Numbered from the stretch's first letter, positions 40,883 through 50,492 are shown. The stretch is DNA of 64,000 nucleotides from Alphaproteobacteria bacterium (GCA_965221125.1 CBDCRW010000004.1:192001-256000), one strand, 5' to 3'. Numbers and translations: made by a program. The notes: generated by a model from the sequence alone, not told the origin.

Positions 40883-42745
40883 ATGCAGCTCGACCCCATC
40901 ACCTTCGAGGTGCTGCGCAACGCGCTGGGCAGCATGTGCGACGAGGGCAGCGAGATGATCGCCCGCCTCGCCTATGCACCCACCATCAGCGAGGGGCACG
41001 ACCATTCCTGCGCGCTGCTGACGGCGGAAGGCCGCCTCGTCGCCCACGGCAACCGCGACCAGGCGCCGCATATCGGCTCCTTCGAGCCCTCCGTGCGGGT
41101 GGTGAAGGAGTGGGTGGGAGACGAGTTCGAGCCGGGCGACATCTACATCTTCAACGACCCCTACACCGGCGGCATCCACTGCAACGACGTGAAGCTGATC
41201 CGCCCGATCCATCACGAGGGCCGCCTCGTCGCCTTCAACTCCAGCACCGGCCACTGGCCGGACGTGGGCGGCGCGCTGCCCGGCAGCTTCAACCCGCGCG
41301 CGGTGGACTGCTACTCCGAGGGGCTGCGGATGCCGCCCATGCGGCTCTTCCGGGGCGACGCGCTCGACCGCACGGTGATGACGCTGATCGAGTACAACAT
41401 GCGCACCGGGCGCGAGCGCATCGCCGACATCCACGCCCAGCGCCAGGCCGGCGCGCTGATCGAGGACCGCCTGCTGGAGCTCTACGCGCGCCACGGGGCG
41501 GAGACCATCGAGGCGCTGTTCGAGGACATCTTCGACTACACCGAGGAGCGCTTCCGCGCCCAGGTCGCGCAGCTGCCGGACGGCGACTACGAGTTCGAGG
41601 ATTTCTCGGACAAGGACATCATGCACCCCGACGAGCCCCGCATCCGGGTGCACTGCCGGCTCACCATCGAGGGCGACCGCGCCAGCTTCGACTATCGCGG
41701 GAGCGACGCGGCGCCGGTCGGCCCCTTCGGCTTCCCCCGCGCCTCGCTCGAGACCGCGGTCTTCGACGGCACGCTGCACTGCTTCCCCCAGCTCGCGCCG
41801 CTCAACCACGGGCTGAGCCGGGCCGTGGAGGTGTTGTCCACGCCCGGAAGCTGCGTCCACATCGAGGAGCCGACGCCGGCGTCGGGCTACGCGAGCGGCG
41901 CCTACGAGAAGGTCGCGGCGGTCACCATGGCCTGCTGGGCCGCGGCGTTCCAGGATGTCGAGCCGAAGCGCATGTACGCCGCCGGCATCAACCTCGCGAA
42001 CCTCTGCATCGGCGGGGTCCATCCCAAGACCGGCAAGCACTACGTCAACTACCTTTGGAACGAGGGCGGCCAGGGCGCGCGCAGCTACAAGGACGGCAAC
42101 CCCTTCCAGATGATGATCTTCATCGGCGGCGCCACCAACCAGCCGGTGGAGATCCTGGAGCGCTGGTATCCGCTGCTCTACACCAACTGCGAAGGGGTCA
42201 CCGATTCCTGCGGCGATGGCACCTGGCGCGGCGGGGTCGGTATCGACCGCAGCTTCAAGACGCTCGGCGCCATGACCATGACCATGCACGGCGACCGCGC
42301 CGAGGTGACGCCCTTCGGCCTCGCCGGCGGCACCAACGGCGGACCCAACACGCTCCGCCTCCGCCGCGCGGCCTCTCCGGAGACGGAAGAGGAGCTTGGC
42401 ATGCACGCCATGGGCATCCGGCTCGCGCCCGGCGACCAGCTCATCTACCGCTCCAACGGCGGCGGCGGCTTCGGCGATCCGCTGGCGAGAGTGCCCGAGG
42501 CGGTGCTGGCCGATGTCGAGCAGGGCTGGATCACGCCGGAGAAGGCCATGCAGGTCTATGGCGTCGTCGTCGCGGGCGGCAACGGCGCGGGCGATCCGCT
42601 CCGCATCGACGAGACGGCGACGGCGGCGCGGCGCGCTGCGGCCCGGCCCGCGGCAGAAGGCTACGGGCCGGGCGAGGTGCATCCGCTAGGCCGAAAGCTG
42701 AAGGCGCCCGCGAACGGCGCCGGCGGGGAACAGACCACGGCATGA
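40883..42745 (+). CDS. Hydantoinase B / 5-oxoprolinase family subunit
   Basis: LDPITFEVL, NDPYTGGIHCND, HWPDVGG, GGGGFGDP. Confidence 0.93.
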   Translation: MQLDPITFEVLRNALGSMCDEGSEMIARLAYAPTISEGHDHSCALLTAEGRLVAHGNRDQAPHIGSFEPSVRVVKEWVGDEFEPGDIYIFNDPYTGGIHCNDVKLIRPIHHEGRLVAFNSSTGHWPDVGGALPGSFNPRAVDCYSEGLRMPPMRLFRGDALDRTVMTLIEYNMRTGRERIADIHAQRQAGALIEDRLLELYARHGAETIEALFEDIFDYTEERFRAQVAQLPDGDYEFEDFSDKDIMHPDEPRIRVHCRLTIEGDRASFDYRGSDAAPVGPFGFPRASLETAVFDGTLHCFPQLAPLNHGLSRAVEVLSTPGSCVHIEEPTPASGYASGAYEKVAAVTMACWAAAFQDVEPKRMYAAGINLANLCIGGVHPKTGKHYVNYLWNEGGQGARSYKDGNPFQMMIFIGGATNQPVEILERWYPLLYTNCEGVTDSCGDGTWRGGVGIDRSFKTLGAMTMTMHGDRAEVTPFGLAGGTNGGPNTLRLRRAASPETEEELGMHAMGIRLAPGDQLIYRSNGGGGFGDPLARVPEAVLADVEQGWITPEKAMQVYGVVVAGGNGAGDPLRIDETATAARRAAARPAAEGYGPGEVHPLGRKLKAPANGAGGEQTTA

Positions 42746-42766
42746 GCTGACCGGAGGAGACGCGGC

Positions 42767-43789
42767 ATGGAGTTCGGGATTGCCTTCAAGGGCGACATCA
42801 GTATGGAGCGCACCATCGCGATCGCGCGCCAGTGCGAGGCGGCGGGCTTCGACTATGTCTGGTTCTTCGATTCCCACATCCTCTGGTCCGACTGCTACAC
42901 CAAGATGGCGGTCTGCATGGCGCATACCGAGCGGGTGCGCTTCGGCCCGCTGGTGACCAACCCCAAGGTGCGCGACTGGTCGGTGGCGGCCAGCCTCTTC
43001 GCCACGCTGAGCGACATCGGGCGCGGGCGCTTCGACATCGCGGTCGGCCGCGGCGACAGCTCCATGCGGGTCATGGGCAAGTCGCCGGCGAATCTCGCCT
43101 ATACAGCTGCGTTCTGCGACGCCATGCGCAAGATGGTGGCGGGCGATACCGTGCAGTACGCGGATTGCCCTGAGCCCGTCTACATGGACTGGGTCGCGGG
43201 CCATCCCATGCCGGTCTGGTTCGCGGCCTACGGGCCGAAGGCGCTCAAGACGGCCGGCGAGGTCGGCGACGGGCTCATCATCCAGCTTGCGGACGTGGGG
43301 CTCTGCGAGTGGTTCGGCGGCCAGGCCAAGGCGGCGGGCGAGGCTACTGGCCGCGACATGGGGGGCTACCGCGTGCTGTCCGCAGCCCCCGTCTGGGTCG
43401 GCGACAAGGAGGAAGGCGTCGCCCAGACCAAGTGGTTCCCGGCGCTGGTCGGCAACCACGTGGCCGACATCGTGGAGAAGTACGGCGCCGGCACCGACCT
43501 CGTGCCGGAGAGCCTCACCGCCTACATCGAGGCGAGGCGCGGCGCGGGCGCGGGCGGCGAGGGCTACAACTATCGCCAGCACGCCGACAAGGTCTCCGAC
43601 AACACCTATTACATCACGCCGGAGATCACGGACTCCTTCTGCATCCTGGGCGAGCCCGACGAGCACGTGGCCAAGCTCAAGGCGCTGGAGGCGGCGGGCG
43701 TGACCCAGTTCACGATCTACCTCACCAACGGCTCGGAGGAGCGCATCGTCGCCGACTACGGCGACCACGTGATCCCCAACTTCCGCTAA
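42767..43789 (+). CDS. Luciferase-like (LLM) oxidoreductase, resembling the TIGR03842/CPS_4043 putative F420-dependent family
   Basis: GFDYVWFFDSHILW, GPLVTNP, GRGDSS, ALVGNHVADIV. Confidence 0.8.
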   Translation: MEFGIAFKGDISMERTIAIARQCEAAGFDYVWFFDSHILWSDCYTKMAVCMAHTERVRFGPLVTNPKVRDWSVAASLFATLSDIGRGRFDIAVGRGDSSMRVMGKSPANLAYTAAFCDAMRKMVAGDTVQYADCPEPVYMDWVAGHPMPVWFAAYGPKALKTAGEVGDGLIIQLADVGLCEWFGGQAKAAGEATGRDMGGYRVLSAAPVWVGDKEEGVAQTKWFPALVGNHVADIVEKYGAGTDLVPESLTAYIEARRGAGAGGEGYNYRQHADKVSDNTYYITPEITDSFCILGEPDEHVAKLKALEAAGVTQFTIYLTNGSEERIVADYGDHVIPNFR

Positions 43790-43803
43790 GCGGCGGGCGG
43801 TAG

Positions 43804-44190
43804 TCAGAGCGCCTGGATCGGCCCCGGATAGCGGGCAAGCGTCGAATCCGCCGTCAGGAGGGTGAGGCCCTCGATCTGCGCTTGGGCGATCAGGATGCGG
43901 TCGAACGGATCCCGATGGATCGGCGGCAGCAGGTCTACGGCCGTCGCGTGAGCGCCAGTGATCGGCAGTTCACGGTAGTCGTTCTCCAGGAGGTTCCGCC
44001 GCAACAGGCGCGGATCGACGCTGAACGACGCACGCCCGAGCCCGTTCTTGATCGCGATTTCCCAGAGTGACGCGGCGCTGAAGACCAGCTCGGTCGCTTC
44101 TTCCTCCATCGACGCCCGCGCGTCGGGCGGCAGTCTATGCGGCTCACCCACCGCCCAGAGGACGACGTGGGTATCGAGCAGGAGCTTCAC
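43804..44190 (-). CDS. VapC-like PIN-domain toxin
   Basis: LLLDTHVVLW, SLWEIAIK, HRDPFDRILIAQA, LLTAD. Confidence 0.93.
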   Translation of the reverse strand: MKLLLDTHVVLWAVGEPHRLPPDARASMEEEATELVFSAASLWEIAIKNGLGRASFSVDPRLLRRNLLENDYRELPITGAHATAVDLLPPIHRDPFDRILIAQAQIEGLTLLTADSTLARYPGPIQAL

Positions 44191-44432
44191 TCGTCACCGT
44201 CGAACATGGCCTCGATCTCGGCCGCGCCGATACGGTCGAAGTTCTCCGGTATCGTGACTTGCCCTTCCATGATTCCGAGCCGGCGCTTGGTGCCGGCCGC
44301 CGGCGTATCGACTGCGACCACCTTGACCAGCGGCTTGCCTGCGCGCGCGATGACGAACGGCTCGCCGCTGGCAGCGGCGGCGACCAGTCGCGACAGATGG
44401 GTCTTGGCCTCGTGCATATTGACGGTGCGCAT
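44187..44432 (-). CDS. Phd/YefM family antitoxin
   Basis: VNMHEAKTHLSRLV...GEPFVIARAGKP; stop overlaps toxin GTG. Confidence 0.93.
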   Translation of the reverse strand: MRTVNMHEAKTHLSRLVAAAASGEPFVIARAGKPLVKVVAVDTPAAGTKRRLGIMEGQVTIPENFDRIGAAEIEAMFDGDE

Positions 44433-44445
44433 GGCGGCGTTCCCA

Positions 44446-44472
44446 TAGACTTAGTCTAGTAAACTTAGTCTA
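44446..44472. promoter_or_regulatory. Tandem palindromic operator of the TA operon
   Basis: TAGACTtAGTCTA followed by TAAACTtAGTCTA, immediately upstream of the antitoxin start. Confidence 0.7.
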
Positions 44473-44510
44473 TCAGTCCGGCCCGCGCAAGGCCCGCTTC
44501 GAGACGCCCC

Positions 44511-45512
44511 CTAATCCAGCCGCACCACCTCGCCGGTCGCGGCAGAGCGTTCCGCCGCCAGCGTCGTCCGCACCGCTTCCATCGATTCTCGGGGCGTGAT
44601 GATGGTGGGCGGCGTGCCGTCCCGCACGCAGCGGGTGAAGTAGAGGAACTCCTCGCGGAGCGCGCCCGAGAGCCTGCCGTGCAGCGCCGGCCAGTAGGTG
44701 GTGTCGGGGCTGCGGAAGCCGTCCTTCGTGCAGATGCCGATGTTGGGGAAGGTGTCCTGGATGTGGATGAAGCCTTCCGTGCCGATGATCGACATGCGCT
44801 CGTCGATGTCGAACGGGGTTTTTTCCGGCATGCACCAGACCGTCTCCAGCGTCGCCGTGGCGCCTGAATCGAAGCGGTACATGGTCTGGCCGATGTCGGG
44901 GTACCTGAGCCCGCGCACGTCCACGGTCTGGGCGTATGCGCTCACCACGTGCGCGCCGGTGAACCACAGCATCAGGTCGGTGTCGTGGATGGCGTCGCCG
45001 ATTATCGGCCCGATCTTGTTCAGGATCTCGGGCGTCCACGCCGCCGGGATGTTGCGGCGCGAGCTGAGCGCCACGATGCGGCCGATACTGCCGGCCTCGA
45101 TCGCGCGCTTGGCGGAAGCGTAGCGCGGGTTGAAGCGGCAGATGTGCCCCACCATGAGGTAGCCGGGCGCCGCCTCCGCCGCGGCGACGATGCGCGCGCA
45201 GTCCTCGACCGTCGACGCCATGGGCTTCTCGAGGAAGACATGCTTGCCCGCCGCGAGCGCATCCAGCGTGGGCCCGGTGTGCTGGTCCCACATGGTGACG
45301 ACGCTCACGGCATCGAGGTCGCCCCGCCCCAGCAGCGCGCGGTAGTCGGTCTCCAGCACGCCGACCCCGTACTTGGCTCCAAGGTCGGCGAGCCTGGATT
45401 CGGTCCGGGTGCAGAGCGCGGCAAGCTCCAGGCCCGGCGTGGCCTCGATCGCGTCGCAGTGGACCTCGCCGAACCAGCCGAGGCCGATCACGCCGATGCG
45501 CACGCTCTCCAT
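44511..45512 (-). CDS. Gfo/Idh/MocA family NAD(P)-dependent oxidoreductase
   Basis: GVIGLGWFG, AGKHVFLEKPMA, DAIHDTD. Confidence 0.92.
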   Translation of the reverse strand: MESVRIGVIGLGWFGEVHCDAIEATPGLELAALCTRTESRLADLGAKYGVGVLETDYRALLGRGDLDAVSVVTMWDQHTGPTLDALAAGKHVFLEKPMASTVEDCARIVAAAEAAPGYLMVGHICRFNPRYASAKRAIEAGSIGRIVALSSRRNIPAAWTPEILNKIGPIIGDAIHDTDLMLWFTGAHVVSAYAQTVDVRGLRYPDIGQTMYRFDSGATATLETVWCMPEKTPFDIDERMSIIGTEGFIHIQDTFPNIGICTKDGFRSPDTTYWPALHGRLSGALREEFLYFTRCVRDGTPPTIITPRESMEAVRTTLAAERSAATGEVVRLD

Positions 45513-45539
45513 GGCGCTGCCCTCCCGCCGCCCCGCCGC

Positions 45540-46121
45540 TCAGGCGGCCTCCTCCTTCTGCGCGGTGAACGTGAGGCCCTTGGCCGCGAACTTCTCCTTC
45601 ACGCCCGCCTGGATGGCGTCGAGTCTCACGGCGGTGGACGGCGCCATGTCGATATCGGTCATGTCGTGCACGCCGCCGGAGATGATCACCTGCAGGATGG
45701 CCTCGTCGTCGCCGATGTTGCGGAAGGCGCGGTTGACCCTGGGCGGCACCGAGATGGTGTCGAGCTCGTCGAGCTCCACCCGGCCGCTGCCGTCGTCGTT
45801 CCACGTCACCTCGAAGCGGCCCTTGAGCACGGTGAAGGTCTCGTAGGTCTGGTGATGCGCGTGGAGCGCGGGGCCCTGGCCCGGCGGGCAGACGGCGAGC
45901 GTCATGGTCATGCCGGCCGCGTCCACGATGGGCGCGCCGGTGTTGATCGGCGTCTCCACGTCGCCGCCGAGGCCGATGACGGAGAGCAGCTTGCGCGCAT
46001 AGATGACGTCGTTGGCCTCCTGCGGGATGTCCGGGTCCTGCTGGATCGGCAGCGGCTTCAGCGCGCCGTAGCGCGAAATCCGGGCCTGCATCTCGTCCTG
46101 CGTGATCTCGATCGTCTTCAT
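45540..46121 (-). CDS. Cupin domain protein
   Basis: PPGQGPALHAHHQTYETF, DTISVPP; GGAGG RBS before ATG 46121. Confidence 0.85.
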   Translation of the reverse strand: MKTIEITQDEMQARISRYGALKPLPIQQDPDIPQEANDVIYARKLLSVIGLGGDVETPINTGAPIVDAAGMTMTLAVCPPGQGPALHAHHQTYETFTVLKGRFEVTWNDDGSGRVELDELDTISVPPRVNRAFRNIGDDEAILQVIISGGVHDMTDIDMAPSTAVRLDAIQAGVKEKFAAKGLTFTAQKEEAA

Positions 46122-46266
46122 CGCATCCTCCCTGGCGCGCACCGCGGCGCCGCGCCCGGAATGGTAGAGCGATCCGCGCCCGATTGGAATCGCCCGTGCG
46201 CGTCCCGCATCGCACTATGGAGTGGATGACACGCCGGGCGTTACTTTGCAGGGGAGGGGATTCGGA

Positions 46267-46383
46267 TTACCCGACTCCACTGGAGAGAGCTTCGGGCTTG
46301 TTGGGCGGATCCTCAGGAAATTGGGCGTCGTTGGGGTAAACCAAGACGTTGGCGTCAATCGGGTTTGGGGCTGCCGCGCTCGT
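46267..46383 (-). pseudogene. Truncated PIN-domain toxin remnant
   Basis: Reads (ACG)SAAAPNPIDANVLVYPNDAQFPE...VG*; D(T/A)NVLVY is the PIN N-terminal motif; ACG instead of ATG and an early stop. Confidence 0.55.
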
Positions 46384-46564
46384 AGAGTTCTTCCCTCGTC
46401 CAGCCGCGCTCGCGGGTGGTGCGCGCGATTGGTTCGGCTCCGCCCTTTCGCTTCCGGGAGGTCGATTCTCTGGACAGACGAAGGAGCCTGTCGACGGGGG
46501 ACCCTTCGGTTGCCGGGTCGACAGAGGGCTCCTTGATCTGAGGCTTCCCCGTTTTCTCGCTCAT
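46355..46564 (-). CDS. Small putative antitoxin (possibly degenerate)
   Basis: C-terminal WTREELYER motif typical of PIN-associated antitoxins; overlaps the PIN remnant. Confidence 0.5.
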   Translation of the reverse strand: MSEKTGKPQIKEPSVDPATEGSPVDRLLRLSRESTSRKRKGGAEPIARTTRERGWTREELYERGSPKPD

Positions 46565-46586
46565 ATCAATATCATTATTGATATGA
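46561..46586. promoter_or_regulatory. Perfect 11-bp inverted repeat operator overlapping the start of the putative antitoxin
   Basis: TCATATCAATA-tcat-TATTGATATGA. Confidence 0.65.
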
Positions 46587-46635
46587 CGTGATTGTCAACA
46601 GCGACGGAACCAGAGGCGACGCCCGCGCCCCTCGC

Positions 46636-47550
46636 TCACGCTTCCCGCGCCGAGATCGGGTCGACGATGTTGAGGCGCGTGATGAAGCGCTGGAAGAACA
46701 GGGCCAGGAAGAGCGGCGGCAGGATCGAGAGCGTGCTGGCCGACGCAAACAGGACGATGTTCTGCGAGACCGTCTGCAGGGCCGGCGAGAGGGTCTGGGC
46801 GGTGGTGCCGCCGACCAGGATGATGCCGAAGAGCAGCTCGTTCCAGCAGAACAGGAAGGCGATGATGAAGGAGGCGCTGATGCCGGGCATCGCCATCGGG
46901 ATCATGACGTGCCGCAGCACGCCCAAGCGGCTGCACCCGTCGATCCGCGCGGCGCGCTCGATGTCGGCCGGCAGCGTCGCGAAGTAGCCCATCAGGATCC
47001 AGGCGAGCAGCGGCGTGATGCCGGTGAGATAGGTCAGGATCAGGGCGCCCTGGTTGCCGATCAGGCCGAGGGAGCGGAAGAAGGTGTAGTAGGGGATGAG
47101 GATGGCGATCGGCGGCAGCACGCGGGTGACGAGAAGGGCGAAGAGCAGGCCCATCCGGCCCGAAAAATCGAAACGCCCGAAGGCGTAGCCTGCCACGGTG
47201 GCGATGGCGGTCGCGGCGAGCGCCGTGGGCAGCGCCACGATCAGGCTGTTGAGGAAGCCGAGGCCGATCTGCCTGGTCTGCCCGCCGAAGAGCGCATCCG
47301 TCTCCGCGATGCCGAGGATGCGCGCATAGTTGTCCAACGTCGGCGCGTCGATGGTCTGGACGATGCCCTCGACGATCTCGGGCTTGGTCATGAGCGAGGC
47401 CCAGACCATCCAGAAGAAGGGCAGGATCGTCCACAGCACGACGAGGAGCCCGGCGGCGGCGACACAGACCTTGAGCCGGGCGGTTCCGCTGAGCGAGGCC
47501 CAGCGCGCCCGCGCGCGGCGCAATCTCGCGAGGAGCCCGACCGGGGCCAT
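46636..47550 (-). CDS. Orphan carbohydrate ABC transporter permease (MalG-type)
   Basis: DIERAARIDG, FLFCWNE; similar to 4681-5547. Confidence 0.88.
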   Translation of the reverse strand: MAPVGLLARLRRARARWASLSGTARLKVCVAAAGLLVVLWTILPFFWMVWASLMTKPEIVEGIVQTIDAPTLDNYARILGIAETDALFGGQTRQIGLGFLNSLIVALPTALAATAIATVAGYAFGRFDFSGRMGLLFALLVTRVLPPIAILIPYYTFFRSLGLIGNQGALILTYLTGITPLLAWILMGYFATLPADIERAARIDGCSRLGVLRHVMIPMAMPGISASFIIAFLFCWNELLFGIILVGGTTAQTLSPALQTVSQNIVLFASASTLSILPPLFLALFFQRFITRLNIVDPISAREA

Positions 47551-47577
47551 TCGCCCGGCCGCCCCGCCGCCCGGCCC

Positions 47578-49131
47578 CTAAATCTTCCTTTCGTGGCCTT
47601 CCCAGAAGCGCTCGCGGACCTTGCGCTTCAGCACCTTGCCGACGCCGCTGCGGGGCAGCTCGTCCCAGAACTCCACCGTCTTCGGCGCCTTGTAGGGGGA
47701 CAGCTCCTGCTTGCAGAGCGCGATCAGGTCGTCGCCGCTCACGCGCTCGCCCTGCTTCAGCTCGACCACCGCCTTCACCGCCTCGCCCCACTTCTCGTCG
47801 GGCACGCCGATCACGGCGCAGTCCTGCACCGCCGGGTGGCTCCAGATCACGCGCTCGATCTCGATCGGGAAGACGTTGAGCCCGCCCGAGATGATCATGT
47901 CCTTCTTGCGGTCGACGATGTAGACGAAGCCGTCCTCGTCCTTGTAGCCGATGTCGCCGGTGTGGTGCCAACCGTGCGCCCGCATCTCCGCCGTGCCCTC
48001 CGGGTCGCCGAAATAGCCGAGGGAGACGAAGGTGCCGCGCACCACGATCTCGCCCCACGCGCCCTGCGGCATCATGGTGCCGTCGTCGTCCATCATCTCG
48101 ACCTCGACGAAGACGGGCGGGCGGCCGCAGCTCTTGAGCCGATGGCGCTTGCTGGGGTCGGCGAGGGCCTCCAGGTGGTCGGCGGGCGTGAGGATACCGA
48201 TGGTGCACGGGCACTCGGCCTGGCCGTAGATCTGGGTCATGCAGGGGCCGAAGAGGTCGATGGCCTCGGCCACCTTGTCGGCCGACATCGGCGCGCCGCC
48301 ATAGACGAAGTAATCGAGCGTCGAATAGTCGAACTCGCGGGCACGCGGGTGCGCGATCATCATGTAGATCATCGTCGGCGGCATGAAGGTGTGGGTCACG
48401 CCGTGGCGGTCGATCGCCTCCAGCACCGTGAGCGGATCGGGCTTCTGGATGCAGACCGTGGTGCCGCCGAAGGCCATGGCGGGCCAGGCGAAGACGCCGG
48501 CGCCGTGCGCCATGGAGGTCGCCACCAGGTGCACCGGCGGCTTCCTGATCGGCATGTGGGCGTAGGCGTTGGCGCACCAGGCCTCCCAGATGAGGTTCGA
48601 CCACATCGCGCCCTTGGGCCGGCCCGTGGTGCCGCCCGAGGTGAAGTGGCTGATGACCGCGTCGCGCTCGTCCGCAAGCTCCGGCGCCACGTCGCCGTGG
48701 CCCGCGATGAAGTCCTCGAAGGAGGGCGCGTGCGTGCCGGTGCGGTCGAGGCAGACGAGATGGCGGAGTTTTGGGCACCGGGCGCGGATCTGCGCGATCA
48801 CGGGCTCGAAGCTCGAATGGTAGAAAAGCCACGCGGCCTCGCGCTGGTCGATGACGTAGGCGTTCTCGTCCGCTGACGCGAGCGCGGCGAGGCCGACCCA
48901 GACGCCGCCGGCCCGCGCAGCGCCGATCCAGGCCTCGAAGGCGCGGGACGCGTTGGGGCTCAGGATTGCGACGCGGTCGCCGGCCGCGAGCCCGCCCGCG
49001 ATCAGCGCGTTCGCCGTGCGGTGGCTGCGCTGTGCCACCTCGCGGTAGCTGAGTTCGCCCGCCCCGTCGATGAGGCAGGCGCGGTCCGGGTGGTAGCGGT
49101 GCCCGCGCTCGAAGTAGTCGATCAGCCTCAT
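47578..49131 (-). CDS. AMP-binding acyl-CoA synthetase/ligase
   Basis: TSGGTTGRPKG, YGQAE, HTGDIG, DRKKDMIISGG, GKVLK; AGGAG RBS before ATG 49131. Confidence 0.93.
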   Translation of the reverse strand: MRLIDYFERGHRYHPDRACLIDGAGELSYREVAQRSHRTANALIAGGLAAGDRVAILSPNASRAFEAWIGAARAGGVWVGLAALASADENAYVIDQREAAWLFYHSSFEPVIAQIRARCPKLRHLVCLDRTGTHAPSFEDFIAGHGDVAPELADERDAVISHFTSGGTTGRPKGAMWSNLIWEAWCANAYAHMPIRKPPVHLVATSMAHGAGVFAWPAMAFGGTTVCIQKPDPLTVLEAIDRHGVTHTFMPPTMIYMMIAHPRAREFDYSTLDYFVYGGAPMSADKVAEAIDLFGPCMTQIYGQAECPCTIGILTPADHLEALADPSKRHRLKSCGRPPVFVEVEMMDDDGTMMPQGAWGEIVVRGTFVSLGYFGDPEGTAEMRAHGWHHTGDIGYKDEDGFVYIVDRKKDMIISGGLNVFPIEIERVIWSHPAVQDCAVIGVPDEKWGEAVKAVVELKQGERVSGDDLIALCKQELSPYKAPKTVEFWDELPRSGVGKVLKRKVRERFWEGHERKI

Positions 49132-49214
49132 GCGGCTCCTCCCGGATCGCCCCTCGGATGCCCGTCCGCCCGCAGCGCGGGCCGCCACGCTCTACGCGGA
49201 ATTGACTCGGATTT

Positions 49215-49228
49215 CAAACAAGTGTTTG
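49215..49228. promoter_or_regulatory. Palindromic operator in the divergent promoter between the ligase and Fe-ADH genes
   Basis: CAAACAagTGTTTG just downstream of a TTGACT -35-like hexamer (49202-49207). Confidence 0.5.
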
Positions 49229-49274
49229 CTCGGCGCCACCCGACCCCCGCCGGCCGCCGCAATCGGAGAGACAC

Positions 49275-50492
49275 ATGCTTTCGCTGCCCAAGCAGGAGCT
49301 CAAGGGGCACTTCACCATGCTGCCGATGGACGAGGTCCATTTCGGCTCCGGCAGCCTCGACAATCTTTCCGCCGAGCTGGACAAGCAGGGCGTGAGCCGG
49401 GCCGTCATCATCACCGGCAACTCCTTGGCCAAGAACACGAATCTGGTGGACAAGATCGCCGCCGCCACGGGCAACAAGTGCGCCGGCGTCTTTCACGAGA
49501 CGTCGCAGCACGTACCGCGCCGCACCGTGATCGCGGCCGCCGACTACGCGCGCGAGCGGGGCGCGGATGCGCTCATCAGCTTCGGCGGCGGCACGCCCAA
49601 CGATACCGCGAAGGCCGCCACCATCTGCCTCGCCGAGGGGATCACCGAGCCTTCAGGTCTCGATGCCTACATGATCAAGTTCACCTATCCGGACAAGGTG
49701 GAGATCCCCTCGCTCACCAACGACCCGATCCCGATGTTCGCGATCCCGACGACGCTGTCTGCGGGCGAGTTCACCTACTTCGTCGGCATCACCGACGAAG
49801 AGCGCAAGGTGAAGGACCTCTACGTCGACCGGCGGATCACGGCGAAGGCGGTCATCCTAGACCCGGAGCTGACCCTGGAGACGCCGGAGCGGCTCTGGCT
49901 CGGCACCGGCATGCGCGCGGTCGACCACTGCATCGAGGCGATGTGCTCGACCACGGCCCAGCCCTTCATCGACGCGCTGGCCTACCGCGCGCTCGACATG
50001 CTGGTGCGCTACCTGCGCGAGACCAGGGCCGACCCCGGCGACGCGGCGGCGCGCGCACAATGCATGGTGGCGGCGTGGATGTCGGTCTGCGGCCTCGCCA
50101 ACGTCACGCTGGGCTTGAGCCACGGCATCGGCCACCAGTTGGGCGCGCGCTGCAACGTGCCCCACGGCGAGACCTCCGCCGTGATGATGCCGCACGTCAT
50201 GGCCTTCAACCGCGAGCAGACCATGACGCGCCAGGCCTGGGTGGCCGAGGCGATGGGCGTGGACCTCGCCGGCATGAGCGAGGAGGACGCTGCCACCGCC
50301 GCGGCCGACGAGGTGGCGAAGCTGGTGCGCGACGACATGGGCCTCCCCTGGCGGCTCCGCGACGTGGGCGTTGGCCACGACGACTTCCCCGGCATCGCGA
50401 AGGACGCCCTGGAAGACATCATCGTCGCCAGCAATCCTCGCCAGGTGACGTCCACGGACGAGGTCATCGACCTCTTGCACAAGGCCTGGTAG
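49275..50492 (+). CDS. Iron-containing alcohol dehydrogenase family protein
   Basis: SFGGGTPND, IPTTLSAGE, DHCIE, LSHGIGHQLG, PHG. Confidence 0.9.
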   Translation: MLSLPKQELKGHFTMLPMDEVHFGSGSLDNLSAELDKQGVSRAVIITGNSLAKNTNLVDKIAAATGNKCAGVFHETSQHVPRRTVIAAADYARERGADALISFGGGTPNDTAKAATICLAEGITEPSGLDAYMIKFTYPDKVEIPSLTNDPIPMFAIPTTLSAGEFTYFVGITDEERKVKDLYVDRRITAKAVILDPELTLETPERLWLGTGMRAVDHCIEAMCSTTAQPFIDALAYRALDMLVRYLRETRADPGDAAARAQCMVAAWMSVCGLANVTLGLSHGIGHQLGARCNVPHGETSAVMMPHVMAFNREQTMTRQAWVAEAMGVDLAGMSEEDAATAAADEVAKLVRDDMGLPWRLRDVGVGHDDFPGIAKDALEDIIVASNPRQVTSTDEVIDLLHKAW

